This document shows positions 13,608 to 27,210 of a DNA stretch of 64,000 nt, piece by piece. Each line of letters begins with the position of its first letter. Position 1 is the stretch's first letter. The translations under genes and the position numbers were made by a program. Origin of the DNA: Geosiphon pyriformis uo1 (taxonomy: Eukaryota; Fungi; Glomeromycota); assembly GCA_016748015.1 (NCBI GenBank), contig JAAOMT010000706.1, positions 536,850 to 600,849 of the forward strand, in the 5' to 3' direction. The notes below the pieces were generated by a model that was given only the letters and a program-made list of their open reading frames with translations, did no database searches and was not told where the DNA came from.

Positions 13608-14889
13608 ATGACCACAACCAGAGCAAAGAGTAAAAAGACTGTATCTGAATCTGTTCTGAGATATCTAATAAAATTTCAACCAGAGAAGCTCTCTTTGTTG
13701 TAGAAGCAACTAGGCAAAACGTTTTAGAAGTCTTCCCCTTACCCAGTAATCGTGAAAAGCTGCCTTTGGTAGCCACTAAATCAACTTCCTCATTTTTGGC
13801 TGGTTTTTCACCAGTCAAAGTTCCCTCAAAGAAACACATTTGGGTTAGTCCCAGTGTTGCCTCCACTCTAACTAAGAGCCCAAAAGTTTTTAATAATAGG
13901 CCAGTAAATAAGCTGGTCTTCCCCTCTATAGATTCAACACTTGGTGCTTCTGGCACCACCTCTTTAAAAAAAATGGTTAAAAAGACCAAAAGTTCTGAAA
14001 AGTGGGAGCAGTCACTTGTCTCTGCCATTGTTACACCGAACCCCTTTGTGGTTCCCAATGAAATCTTAGATAAGATCTTTGTAGTATCATTTAGCACATT
14101 ATCCAAGATGGGCCAAGATCAACCACTGGCTGTGTTGCCAAATGTGGTGTCTTCCAGCAGATCATCACTGGTTTTAAAAGCAAAACAATCTCCTCTTGTT
14201 GGGTCATCTGTTCTTGGGAACTGGACTGATCAAATGGAAACTGATTCATCTCCTCCTCTAGTTTTTGGTGCTACTTTTGGTGGTGCTTAGAAAACTATTA
14301 TTAGTCGTCAAAGATTTGCTAGGTGAATGGCCTTCATTCTGGTGCCTGATGTTACTTTTAAAATCAAATTGGCTCATGTTAAGACTGTTTTTCAGTCTGT
14401 GCATGGTTTCTTGAGTGCTAAATCTGTCTCAAAAGACAATGTGAAGTTTTTCTGTGTGGAGTTTGCTTCTCATCAGTCTTTGAAAGCTGTGTTTCTGGTT
14501 GAGCTTACAAGTTCTGTTCATTTGACCACTCTCAAAATTGCCAAGTCTTTAGTGGTTTCTGAATCTGGTTCCTCTTCTGCTGCTGTTGTGCTGCATAATG
14601 TACCTTTGGATGTGTCTGCTGCTAATGTTAAGTTGGCTCTCAGTGTGTTTGGTAGTGTTACTCATGTTGTGCTGAAGCCTGCTGGCATTTGGCAGTATGT
14701 AGTGGTTTATTTTAAAAAGTTGGACTCTACTGTGTCTGCCTTGAAGCATTGGTCAGTCTTGGTGGGTAAGGATAGTGTTAGAATCCTCTCTCTGGTGAAT
14801 CAAAATGAGACTATTTTGTCTCATAATAAGTTTAAAACCAAATTGGTCAATCTTCCTCCTGGCTGTACCACCTTTGAAATTAGTGATAT
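13608..14889 (+). pseudogene. LINE ORF1-like protein, 5' part (RRM-like domains)
   Basis: ATG 13608, frameshift and stops; RRM-like segments VVLHNVPLDVSAANVKLALSVFGSV and KLVNLPPGCTTFEISD. Confidence 0.75.
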
Positions 14890-15605
14890 TGTTATGGGTT
14901 GGAGTAACAAGCTAATGGATAGCAAGGGAGAACAAGATTGTAGGGTGATGAAAATAATCAAAGGGGATTCAACTTCAATGAGTGAATTGAATGAATATGG
15001 ATTCAATGTGTGAGATCAGTCTCATAAAATATCTCAGTTGCTATTCTTTTCAAAAGATAACAAGGGAATCTGAAAATAGAGGAATAGTTCGTACTGTCAA
15101 CAATTGATCACCACTGGTATTAATTCTATGCCTTCACATTGGTGCTCTTAGAATTCAATATCAGATATCAATTTGTGCTCTTCAGTCACGTTTATACAAA
15201 TAGTTTTCAAATACTACAATTATTCAAACAGGAAAAGGCCAACAAGTAATCTTTTATCCTAAGATGTTCGAATACTTAAAGGTAAGGAAAGAGAAATTAG
15301 TGATAAAAGAATGTTTGAGATAGAAGTTTGTTATTTTATTTCTTTGATTCTTATCTGAGAGATGATTTTTTACAGTTAAGAGACTCATCACTTATATAGC
15401 TAATAAAAGTGGTCAATGACCAGGTCAATGACTAGGTCAATGATTAGGTCAATGATCAGGTCAATGATCAGGTCAATGATCAGGTCAATGGTTAGGTCAT
15501 TGATCAGATCAATGATCACTATCTAAAAATAGAGTGGCTAATTATATAACATTAGTGGCTAATACATGTAATAACTAATAAAAATTATGGGTTTCAACTA
15601 TAATA
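14890..15605 (-). repeat. Element A 3' LTR (contains 12-bp ggtcaatgatca tandem array at about 15410-15517)
   Basis: Direct repeat of 21940-22276 plus 41821-42151; adjacent PPT (minus strand ttagagaggatga). Confidence 0.92.
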
Positions 15606-15733
15606 TCATCCTCTCTAAAGAGATTGAGCTCTGGCAAAATCAAGCTATTTATAGGGTATTCTAATTAAAGGGTTTTGTCTAACTCAAAACTAACTAGTTT
15701 GTTGAAGTTTTTTGTAAATAAAATGTATAGTAC

Positions 15734-16231
15734 TTAAGGCAAAATAAGCTTTGTATCCAAGAGACCAAATCTTTGTATAAGAGTTTTGGCTCTTCTTGTA
15801 ATGGTTAAAACTCTTGGGACATCTAAACATATAATGCCCAAAATTTCCACTTGTATCTCTGAAGTTGTTTTCTTTATGAGCTTTATTTCTTCTATGATTT
15901 CACCAAGATAACCATAGAGTTCTAGTTGTCTTCCATATGACAAATTTTTGTCTATGGACAAGATTTCCTTAATTGTTTTTCCAATTGTTATGGAAGGTGT
16001 AAGTATTGCTGCTGTTATGCTTTCCAGCAAATACTTATCTATTTTGCTACCAATTTTTTCTCTTCTGGTAGTGGTTTTCTTTGATCTAATAACAGTATGT
16101 GTTCCACTGTTATCAGTTATGGTGGTTTGTTTTCCAATGGTTAGAGTAGCATTTGGATAATTTTTGATCCAGTACTCATGGAGAATGTAGAAAGCGTTTT
16201 GAATGTTTTGATCTAGAAAATAATTGTTCAT
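15734..16231 (-). pseudogene. Element A accessory ORF downstream of integrase (unknown function)
   Basis: Long open frame (MNNYFLDQNIQNAF...) between the integrase end and the PPT; start approximate. Confidence 0.6.
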
Positions 16232-16269
16232 GTCGATTAAAAATACCTCTGTTTTGGGAATAGTGCATT

Positions 16270-17601
16270 TATTTATACTTGGTTTTTGCTGATCATTTGA
16301 GTTGGTATTACCACAACTGGTAACCAATTAGGTTGTTTGTGATATTTCTTGAGTCACGTGCCATGAACAGGGTGATTATTGAAAATTGTTCCATATTGAT
16401 CTTGTAAGATATAAGAACTATTGTTCAAAACTTTGTTGACTATAAAGGGTTCTTTTCACTGACTAGAGAATTTATTACCATAGACATTGTCTCTGTTTGA
16501 ACGGTATTCTAAAACTAAGTCACCAACACTTAAGGAAAGTGTTTTATATGTTTTCTTTTTCTTAAGATTCTCTTGGAATTGTTTTATCTTTTCAAAGGCA
16601 ATTATCCATGCTTCTATTAATGAGTTAAGAATGGTACCAAGTCTTCTTTGCAAAATGTTTTTGTAATTCCCTATTGTTATTTCTTTAAAGAGTATTGTCT
16701 CAATGTCAGTTTCTATTAGTAGGATTGCCATTTGTCCATAGAATAGATAAAAGGGTTCATAACTTGTTATGTCATAATTCACAGTTCTATAAGCAAACAA
16801 GGCTGAAGGCAGTACTTTGTCCCATAAGTTTGTTTCTTTGCTGGTTTTGGCTAGAGTTTCACATAGTGTTCTATTGAAACATTCTACTAGGCCATTTGTT
16901 TGGGAGTGATAAGGAGAGGAAAGTTTGTGATGTATTCCCATTTTTCTGCAAAGTTCTTCAACAAGTGTACTGAAAAAAGCTTTTCCTCTGTCAGATAAAA
17001 GTTCTTTGGGGCAGCCATGGCAACAAATGATATCTTCATAAATGAAATTGGCTATTGAGACTGTTGTTTGGTCTGGATTGGCTCTTGCTTCTACTCACTT
17101 TGTAAGATAGTCAGTAGCTGTGATAATGTATCTGTTGCCATCAGGAATTATTGTTAAAGGTCCAACAATATCTATACCAATTCTGTCAAAGGGTTGACCA
17201 ACAGAGATTGGATGGATATCTTCTTTGCGATTGGGTTTTCTTCTTCTTTGGCAGATATCACAGATTTTGATGTATTCAGCAATGTCTTTTCCCAAGGTAG
17301 GCCAATAATAGCAAACTAGAGTTTTCTGAATTGTTTTTGTTTTTCCAAAGTGTTCAGCTAATGGATCAGTGTGCATATTGTAAATCACAATTTCTTTTTC
17401 TTCAAATCTGATAACTCTCTGAGAGCAATTAGGATCTTTTCTATTTCTTTTGTATAACTGGTTCTGGTGAATCAAATAGAAATTTGATTGTTTGTGCAAA
17501 TGTTCTCTTTGTTGTTGTGTGTATTTCAGTGGGTATTGTCCTTTACCCAAAAATTCCATTAAGGCAGAGTAGTTGTCCAAGTTCATTATCATGTTTGTCA
17601 A
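16270..17601 (-). pseudogene. Element A integrase (HHCC, DDE, GPF/Y-type C-terminus)
   Basis: MHTDPLAEHFG...CDICQ; IGIDIVGPL; SSPYHSQTNGLVECFNRTL; GDLVL; several in-frame stops. Confidence 0.9.
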
Positions 17602-17655
17602 AAAAAAGGGAAATTACTAATAATTAAGTTGGTTTGATTTGAGAGGGTTGTTCTG

Positions 17656-19080
17656 TTACTGGATGGTAAGTTTGGAGAGAGCATCAGCATTTTGATGATT
17701 AGCTCTTTTGTGATGTTGAATATCATAGTCAAATTCATCCAAGTGGAGTATCCAGTGAGTTATCCATTTGTGTTCTAGCCTCTTTTTGTTGCACAGCCAA
17801 ACCAAAGCTTGGTGATCTGTTACCACCAAAAACTTCACACCAAGAAGATACTTACTCCAGTAACTGGTGGATCATACTACTGCTAAGCATTCTTGTTCAG
17901 TGACTGAATAGTTCTGTTCTGCTAGGGAAAAAGTTCTACTGGCATAGGCTATGGCATGTTCTTTGTCATCTTCATCTTTCTGGGAGAGAACAGCACCAAG
18001 TTCAAAGCCAGATGCATCAGTGTAGAGGATAAAGGGTTGATTTAGATCAGGTTGCTTGAGAATGGGTTCTGTAATCAGTTTTTCCTTTAAAGTTTCAAAG
18101 GCTTTTTGCTGATGTGTTTCCCAATAGTAATTGACATTTTTCCTAAGTAGCTAATTGAGAGGAGAGGCGATTTTGGAGAAATCCTTGACAAATTTGTGAT
18201 AATAAGAGGCCAAACCAAGAAAAGAGCGTAGTTCATGAATGTTCATTGGTTGTTTAATGTTTTGGACTTTTTCAACTTTGGCTGGGTCAGGAAAGATTTC
18301 ATCTTTTGTGATAAGATGACCAAGGAACTGGGTGGATTGTCTTCCAAAGAAAGATTTGATTAGGTTGATCTTGAGACAAGCATTCCTGAGGAGGTCAAAA
18401 ACCTTTTGCAAATGTTCCAGATGTTCATCCCAGGTTTTTGAGTATACCATTATGTCATCCAAATAAACTAGAACAAAGTTCTCCTTGACTGATTTAAATA
18501 CTTTATCCATTAAGCATTAAAAGTTGGGAGGTGCGTTAGTGAGACCAAAAGGCATGATTGTGAATTCATAAGTGTCATACTTAATGATGAAGGCAGTTTT
18601 CTTTCTGCTTTCTGGATCCATCTCTACTTGCCAGAATCCAGCAGTTAAGTCAATGGTTGAGAAGAAAGCAGCATCTTTGAATTGGTCTAACATTACATCA
18701 ATCTTGGAAAGTGGGTACATGTCTCTTTCAGTGATGGCATTTAATTGGTGGTAGTCGACACAGAAGTGTAGTGTTTTACCTTTCTTGGATACCACTACAA
18801 CTGGGAAAGCCCATTTACTCTTGGTTTTTTGTATGAATTCAAGTTTTTTCATCTGGTTTATCTCTTTCTTGATAAACTCATCATTGTGCCAATTGGATTG
18901 ATAAGGCTTCAAATAAATGGGTCAAGTTTCTCTGATAGTGATAGTGTGTTGTATTACATGGGTACGTCCAGAGATATCACCTTCTTTGGAGATAACTGGG
19001 CTATTTCTAGCCAGCAAATTTTCAATGTCTATTTTTCTTTCTTCTGGAGAGGGTTTTTTTTGTTCTACAGCCAGTAATTG
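17656..19080 (-). pseudogene. Element A reverse transcriptase-RNase H
   Basis: FCVDYHQLN, MPFGLTNAP, VYLDDIMVYS, LYTDASG, TDHQAL, NADALS. Confidence 0.95.
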
Positions 19081-21887
19081 GATTTCAGGTGATTTATTTT
19101 CAAAAGACTTCTGTACTTCTTTCAATTCTTCTCTGGGTATCAAACTGATTAATTCCCAATCTCTGTAATAGATCAGGCATGATTTGCATTCATTGCTTGG
19201 AGAATACAAGGGTTTATTGCACCAACACCAGGCACAAGGACCATGTCACCAAAAACTGTATTTGGTTTTCTTGCCAGGTTTTCTTTCAAAGGTTCTTCTA
19301 AGAATATCATAATAAGGCCAGCAGATCAGCTTGCCATTTACAATGATTCCTTCTTTGTCTGCTTTAACATTGTCCAGTGGTTTGCCATTGCTGATAAAGG
19401 TGATATAAGCAAGTTCAGCAGTTTCTTCTTGCTCTTCTTGTTCTTTTTTTTCATTGCTCTCTTCATCATCTGATTCATCTGATTGTTCTTCTTCTTGGTT
19501 TTGTTTGGGTACAAGGGGAGTTGTCCAATAGTGACACTTAACCACAATGGGTTTCTCACCACATCTGATGGTTAATTCACAAAGTTCATAATCAAGCAAA
19601 GCTTTTGCTTTCTTGAGCCATTCATTGTCAACAATGATGGTGTATTTCTTGGCTTTAGAAACTTCCATGTTAGTTTCAATGCTGATTCCATTGATGCAGA
19701 CAGAAACAGCTTTGGCAATACCCAGTCTTTTCTTTTTGTCACTATGTATGTTGGTCATTGGTCTAGTGGAAGGTTCATCAATCTTTCTACCAATTGCTTC
19801 TAAAAAGTGTTTGGCAATGACACTAACAGATGATCCACTATCCAAAATTAAGTCAATGAAGTATTCAGCCACTTGGGCTTTACAAATTAGAGGGGTAATA
19901 TTGCTGTTGTCAGCAAGTCCAGCTTGGCAAGAGCACTTGTTGGTTTTTGGTGTTTTCTTTTTTGGAATCAAAGATTTGCGAAAATCTTTTCTGAACTGTG
20001 AATAGATCATTAACTGGCCAAAGGTAATATGTGCTGGGATTTCCATGAGATTTTTGACAATGGAATAGAGTCTAGATTTTTGTACAATTTTTGTGGGTTC
20101 CAACTTTGGAGGATTCTTAAAAACTTTAGCCTTTGGTGGCTCATTGTTATCAGCAACAGAAGTTAAGGCTTTGTTGAGGTCTAGAACAAAATCAACTTTG
20201 GCTTTCTTTTTCTTTCTGGTTGGTTCTGAGGTGTTGATTGCTAGTTTTTTCATGTCATGGTCATCATCAGTTAAGTTAAAAGTGTAAAAAAAGTTTTCTT
20301 CTGGTTGGCTTGTACTCTCACCCTTTGGAGATGCATCTACCAGTTTAAAGGCTGATAAACAGTGGCTTCAACTAGGGGATCCTCTCCAAAAAAATTGATG
20401 TTGGCATGATTGAATCTTTGATTGGGAATATTATTGTTGGGTCTGTTGTTTTGGTTGTCATTGTTTCTGAGAACTGGAGGAGGCAGTGGAGAATTGTTGC
20501 AATCTTTGGAGAAATGTCCAGTTAATCCACATCTATAATACACAGAAGGGCTATGATTTTGCTGTCTTTGATAAGGAGATTGCTGGGACTGATTAAAATG
20601 GTTTTCAAATCTGGGTCTTTGTGGTTGCTGGTTATCTCTAACTGCTTGGGCTAATGGTTCTAATAGCTGAGCAAAATTTACTGTAAATCTATCTATTAAT
20701 TGTTCATTTGGGTCTTGTGTCTGGGCAGCAAAAAAAGTAGTGGCCATTTGAGGAGTAGAAGCCATAACAGGAGCAGAAGCAAAAACTGAAAGTGTGGATC
20801 CCAAATACATTCTTTGGTTGTCTTCAATTTTTTGGGCAAATTTAATGGCCATATTCATGGTGGGATTATCTTTTAAAGCCAAGAGAGGCCAAAGAGCATA
20901 CAATAAATCAGTTCTCAATCCTTTTGTAAAGGAGTGGATCTTTTGCTCTTCAGTCCAGTTTCTACCAGAGTCTACATGCTTGATGAGTTTTTTGATTGCT
21001 TTGGCATATTCGGTCACAATTTTACCAGGACCTTGGGTTTTTTTTTCTAATTCCATATGCCATTTGGATATTAAGATTGGGGTTTTAAATTTGTTTTCAA
21101 ACCGGATTGTGAAAGAGGTGTTGTTTTCTCCGGCATTTGCTGGCATCTATCTAATGATTCTTTGATGGGCATTAGCATCAGTTTCCTGTGAGAACCAGGT
21201 AGCAGAAGAGCCTTGAAGGTAGCCACCAACAATTTGAAACTTGTACTCATCATCATATTGGTTGGCTGTAGCAGCTCTCTCAAAGTCATCCAATCATTCA
21301 ATTAGATCTTGGGCATCATCTTTGAATAATGGTAATGGGATGTTGTTTCTTCATCCTAAAGCAGTCTGTATACCTTGGAGGGCAATCAGAATGTTTTGTT
21401 GCAGAAGGTTTTGAGCCATTGGTTCAGGTGTAACTGTTTGTGTGAAGTGTTTTGATTCACTTGAAAAGAGATCAAAAACAGAAGCAGTTAGATAGCTTTC
21501 TTCTTCTGTTTCAAGAGGAGTTTCTGTTGATTGATGAGCAGCAATCCAAATGTGAATTTGATGATTCAGATATTCAAAATCAGGAGGCTGTTGTTCAAAG
21601 GTTGCAGAATATAAAAGCTGATTGATACTGTTGTTTCTTCTTTCAAAGTTGTCTTCAAAATAAGCTTGGTTAAAGTAATAGATTGTATAAGCTGTGAAGG
21701 TTTCAGCTGAATGCTCATTCAAAAACCAGTTCCAAAAGTCTTGGAATTGTCTGCTAGATTGTTTTTCAATGGAAAAGCAAATCAAACAGAAGGGCAAAGG
21801 ATTAAGTTCAATGAAATCAAAATTGTTTTTGTTGTGTGCTTTAATGTGTTCTTCTGATTGTTGTGGCAGGTATGAATAATTGCTCAT
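19081..21887 (-). pseudogene. Element A gag (CA, decayed CCHC) and aspartic protease
   Basis: FTKGLRTDL; YYRCGLTGHFSKDC knuckle; LILDSGSSVSVI protease motif. Confidence 0.88.
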
Positions 21888-21916
21888 ACAATAGGAAACA
21901 AAATGGATTTTGACAA

Positions 21917-21933
21917 CCTCACAGGGAGCACTA
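21917..21933 (-). promoter_or_regulatory. Primer-binding site of element A
   Basis: Minus strand tagtgctccctgtgagg, 6 nt from the LTR; near-identical to element B PBS. Confidence 0.7.
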
Positions 21934-21939
21934 CTTTTA

Positions 21940-22276
21940 TGTTATGGGTTGAAGTAACAAGCTAACAGATAGCAAGAGAGAACAAGATTGTAGGGTGATA
22001 GAAATAATCAAAGGGAATTCAACTTCAATGAGCAAATTGAATAAGTATGGATTCAATGTGCAAGATCAATCTTATAAAATATCTCAGTCACTATTCTTTT
22101 CAAAGGTAACTGGGGAATCTGAAGATAGAGGAATAGTCTGTACTGTCAACAATTAATCACCACTGGTATAATTCTATGCTTCACGTCAGCACTCTTAGAA
22201 TTCAATATCAGGTATCAACTTGTACTTTTCAGTCACATTTATTCAAATAATCTTCAAATGCTACAATTATATACAT
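21940..22276 (-). repeat. Element A 5' LTR, left piece (interrupted by element B)
   Basis: tgttatgggttgaagtaacaagc matches 14890 onward. Confidence 0.92.
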
Positions 22277-23167
22277 TGTTACTCATAAAAATATAGGAAA
22301 TATATTAACATAATTATTAGCCAATCAGAAGTAAGCATAGTAAATGTGGAATTCCAGGATTCCTCTTAGGAATTGCAGGATTCCAGGAATTTCAGGATTT
22401 CCAACGAGGAATTGCAGAATTCCAGAATTCCAAGATTCCTCTCAAAGGAATCACAGGATTCCAGGAATTCTAAGATTTCTGTCGTGAAGAATCAAGGAAT
22501 TAAGGAATCTCAATTATGTATATATAGCAGTAGTGTTAAAACAGAAAAGACAGAATCGATATTACAGAATCCTTAGCCAAGAAACCAATCATTAAATAAA
22601 TAATTATTCCATATTGCAATTCACTATTTACTATCAACACTTCATGTTGATAGTAATTGCTACTTAACTATGCTGGAACAATAGCTCTTGATCATGGCTA
22701 TTGACGAGATACTAATGGACCAAATTGTCTTGGCTTATTTTCTTTATTTTCTTTATTTTTATTTTCTTTATTTTATTTCCTTTCTTTTTTTGATTTTGTT
22801 GTTGTATACTAATTGATTAAAAGATTAAGTGCTGAGTTATTGATGTCAAGGATAGCCTGGTAAAAGACCCAGAAATAAGGGTAAAATTTTATATATATTA
22901 TCAGATAGCTTACCAAAAGGGCATGACTGCCAGACTAAATCTGGCCACCACGCTGAGAAAAAAATTGGGAAAACCACTTGAGAATACAACCACTATCAAC
23001 CTTATTGAATCTCTGTCTATTATACAAAGAACTCCATAACAAAACCTTCAGATCAACCAAAACCTTCAGATATCATACCTTCCGCACATCATTCACAAAA
23101 GTAGCTTTTGAGCACCAAGTTATGGGTTTGTTATTCAATTCCACAACAGAAATAATCATCTGTAACA
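22277..23167 (+). repeat. Element B 5' LTR (internal ggaattccaggattcc repeats)
   Basis: tgttactcata...atctgtaaca; matches 40927-41820. Confidence 0.93.
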
Positions 23168-23169
23168 TT

Positions 23170-23186
23170 TGGTGCTTCCTGTAAGG
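23170..23186 (+). promoter_or_regulatory. Primer-binding site of element B
   Basis: tggtgcttcctgtaagg, 2 nt after the LTR end. Confidence 0.8.
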
Positions 23187-23199
23187 TATAATTCTACAG

Positions 23200-25990
23200 A
23201 GAACCAGCACCGACAACACCAAATCAAAAGTGGCAGAATCAGAAATTATAGGAGTAAACCATTTAGGATTCACAAAATCCTTATTTCAACACTATTGTCA
23301 ATACTTGGGATTAAACCACAATCATATATCCACCGAATCAGCCTTCAATTTCTATGTCAATGAAAAAATTTCTTCTTTATTAGGAACACCAGTGAATACT
23401 GAATCAGCAAGAAAAACTTTCTATAAGGAATTAATTCAAAACACCAACCTACCAACAAACCATAATTTTGCATCCATTATCACTGAGATCAACAAAGAAA
23501 TTGAACACTACACTCAACAAAGATATCCAATTACATATGTTAGTAAAGGCAAGGAAAAATTACAAACACCAGCAGTAATACCCAGAAAAATACAGCCACC
23601 TGCTTAGAAGAAAAACAGAGTTGAATTCCCAAGCAACCCACCCTATCACTATACACCTGGAAGCGCCATTAACATATCATCAACAGACACATTCTCATCA
23701 ACTGCAACATCAGCATTTAGACAATTCTCATTCCAAAGTAGACAAAGGAAAACAGAATTGTTAGAACCATATGGCGAATACTTTGAGGGATTTAATTTGT
23801 GATTATCAACCTCATCAGGACTTTGATCACCACTGCCTCTACCAGATTTCAGAATCTCTAATCCATGGGAAGCAGCAGAATCAGAAAAGAAGGAAGAAGA
23901 ATCAGAGTATCAAGAATTCACTTACCAGCACCCAATCACTGAAAACCCAGAAGTTAAAACCCCGAACCTTCAAACTTAGCAACAATTAGAAAATCCGGAA
24001 ATTGAAACTCCGAATATTTGAATGCCGCCAAATCAAAGAAATTAAAAACCCAAATTAATTAATCAGCAAAACTTACCTCCAGTAATCGTCATCAATCAAC
24101 TGCCGATTAATCCCATAGCCAAACCTATACAGCAGTCACTTCAGCTACCACCCCAACAGCCAAGACCACAACAACTGCTTCAACAGCCACCACAACCACC
24201 TAACTTAGATCCAATGGTCTACGCACCAATTGCAAAACTTGACAACTTTATGGGCGAAGAGAATAACGCTCAAGTATGGCTGAACGATATAGAAAAAGCC
24301 ATCGCAGTCAACAGATGGAATGATGCTCGAGCAATGTAAGCCATTCTCTACTTTCTCAAAGATACTACCAATTCATGGTACCAGAGCTTGATTAATAAAC
24401 CACAAGATTTTAATGCCTTTAAAGCAGAATTTCTAAGATACTTCAGCAACAATAACAGCATCAATCACCTAGTTAATGCATTCACCACCATAAAACAAGG
24501 AGAAACTAAAGCAGTCACCACTTACCTGAGATGCTTCCATCGAAACCTATGCCAAATTCAAACAATTGACACCAATTATTTCACAGCACTACAGATATTC
24601 AATCAGTTTATCTATGGTCTGTGCAGCAGCATCTTGCAACATGTACATCTGTTGCATCCAGGCACTCTTTAAGATGCAGTCACACGTGCCAGAGATTTTG
24701 AATCTGCGGAGTCAGAGGCTAACCACGCCCAAGCCATTAATCTAGTAATGAACGGATCATCTGAATTGGATTCCAAATTGGAGAAGTTCAGCAAATCAAT
24801 CAATAAGAGATTGGAAGGATACTTAGCTGACAATCACGCCATTTATCAGCCTCCACAACAACACAATAATCAAGGAAACTCTAATTGTGTCCAAAATCAA
24901 CCATGTTCATCTCCATCAACCAATCGACAGTGGCAACAGGAAATGCATATCTGCCACTATTGTGGTAAACAAAGACATATCCAAATTGACTGTCATCAGC
25001 GTTTAAATAACCAACAATCGGAAAATCAATATCGCAACTCTGATCGCCGGTTCCAAACTCCGAATCAGTACCCAAATCAAAACCCACCCGCTTACCTACT
25101 AGTGACGCAGTCATTAGTCTATCAGTCTCCAGTATATCAACCTCCAATTTATCAGCCGCAGCCACAAGTAATATATCAACCACAGCCACAAATAATCTAT
25201 CAACCCCAACAGATCCAAACACCACCTCAAAGCTTACCACCCAACAGAACTCAAAGACCGAGAATGACTCAACAGAGCTGGAGATCGGCGATAGTAGTCC
25301 ATCAACCAATCCCCAATTCTTCACAGCAACTATCTGGATTACGCCAGTGGAATTCGGGTACCAGTCAACTCCAGAACCCGAATTCCCAGAACTATTTAAG
25401 TCTTCTGATCACCCCAGAAGATGCTTCAACCAGTAACCTGGCATTTACCCAAAAACAACCACTCACCAGTAATATCCCACCCACTACTATCACCAAAGAC
25501 AAGTCATTGGCCACTATCTTCCCATTCGAATTTGAGAAAACAGCTACAATGCCATTATTTAGTGGAGCCATTCTTGAAGCCAAACCAATTACCACAATGT
25601 ATACTGATGCCAAAGTAGAAGGACAATTCATCAAATTAATTCTGGACAGCGGTTCTGCAGGCAGCATAATCACGAGACAACTCATGGATCAATTAGGTTG
25701 CCGAGTTAATCAAGCTGCCAGTGCCAGAATCATCACAGCCGATGGAGTGACCAAAACTCCAATCGGCGAAATTGACGACTTTCCTTTTGAAGTCAATGGC
25801 ATCATGACTTCCATTAAAGTTCTAGTGATGGAAGCCACTCAATACCAAGCTCTCGTTGGTAATAATTGGCTATCCAAAGTCAATGCAACATTAGACTGGA
25901 ACACTCAGAAACTTCAGCTAATGTATTAGGGCCAACACATACGTGTTCCGGCCATATATGGCCACTTTAAAACTCCTCCAAGAGAGAAAC
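23200..25990 (+). pseudogene. Element B gag and aspartic protease
   Basis: Helical N-domain; capsid-like FTTIKQGETKAVTTY; CHYCGKQRHIQIDC knuckle; LILDSGSAGSII. Confidence 0.88.
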
Positions 25991-27210
25991 TATTGATTGA
26001 ACTGGAGGAGGAGAAAGAAAAACCTACCTGGGAAGCCTACCAAGTGTCATGGATGGATGAAAAGCACAACGAACTACTGCCAATACTCTTCTGGGACGAC
26101 AGCAATAAGAGAAAAGGGAAACAGAAGGAAGAACTTACTTGGGAAACCGATGACCTGACATGGACTGACAACGATGAGAGTAAACTGACTTCAAGCTGGG
26201 AATGAGAAGAGGACAAAGAAAATAAAGGAAAAGGGAAAAAAAAAGAGACCACCCAAACCATCACCGCTTATAATAATACCTACACTATTCCACAACAATC
26301 TACCTATTGTCGACCTAAGCTTATATGCATCGATTGTGACAAGAAATTGTCATCAATGGGCGCATGCTGTAGTGACAATAAGGAATACCACACCACAACA
26401 AAATTCTACTGTCGTCTATGCTTATTCGAATGCTTCGGACGACCAAAAAGGCAAAGAAAATGGAATAACCAACCTTGTCTCGCTTGTGGGGAGACTCTGC
26501 TAGATGAAGGGATGTAAAACAACATCCCAGAATGTGGAGGAATGTGCGATGTATCGTGTCAATACACGATTCTAATAAGTGATTGGGTAAGGAAAGAAAC
26601 CCCAATAGAAGCAGTCTGGAAAAAAGCCATGCAGCAACTGGACAGTTGTCCACATGATGACGACAAAATTTGGCAAATGACACTTGCAAAAATCGAAGGG
26701 GCGACACCAGAAGAGATAAAAATGATCAAAGACAACCTCTCAGAACTTTTAGAGCTTGACTGGGACACAGAACCCATCATAAACCTCCTGGATCCGGAAC
26801 AGTTCCATGAACACTACCAAAAATTAGCACTCACAAGGAAAAAACAAGAACAACAATTAGAGCAGTTGAACGCTCGACTATGTCAACACTGCCTAATTCC
26901 CTGTGACTTCCAGTATTGTGAGGAGTGTGACCTCATTTACAATCCACCATCACACATGATCTACACAATCCCAGAAGAGGAAGAACCAATCAGCAGCTGT
27001 GTGTTAGAATCAGAATTGCCAGTCAATCAAGATTCAAACTCTGACAATAATGATGACAACAATGGTTCAAGCTCCATTCAAAATGGCAATGACAATGACA
27101 GTGATTCCAACTCAGATACAAACTCTGAGTTAAACTATGAACAATATATTGCACTACCAGATCTCTCCAAGGAACAAGAGTTGAAATGGTATAGTGACAA
27201 TGGGAAAGGT

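Noticed and set aside
22348-22510. Palindromic repeats superficially like a CRISPR array
   Set aside because: No unique spacers or cas genes; eukaryotic LTR-internal repeats
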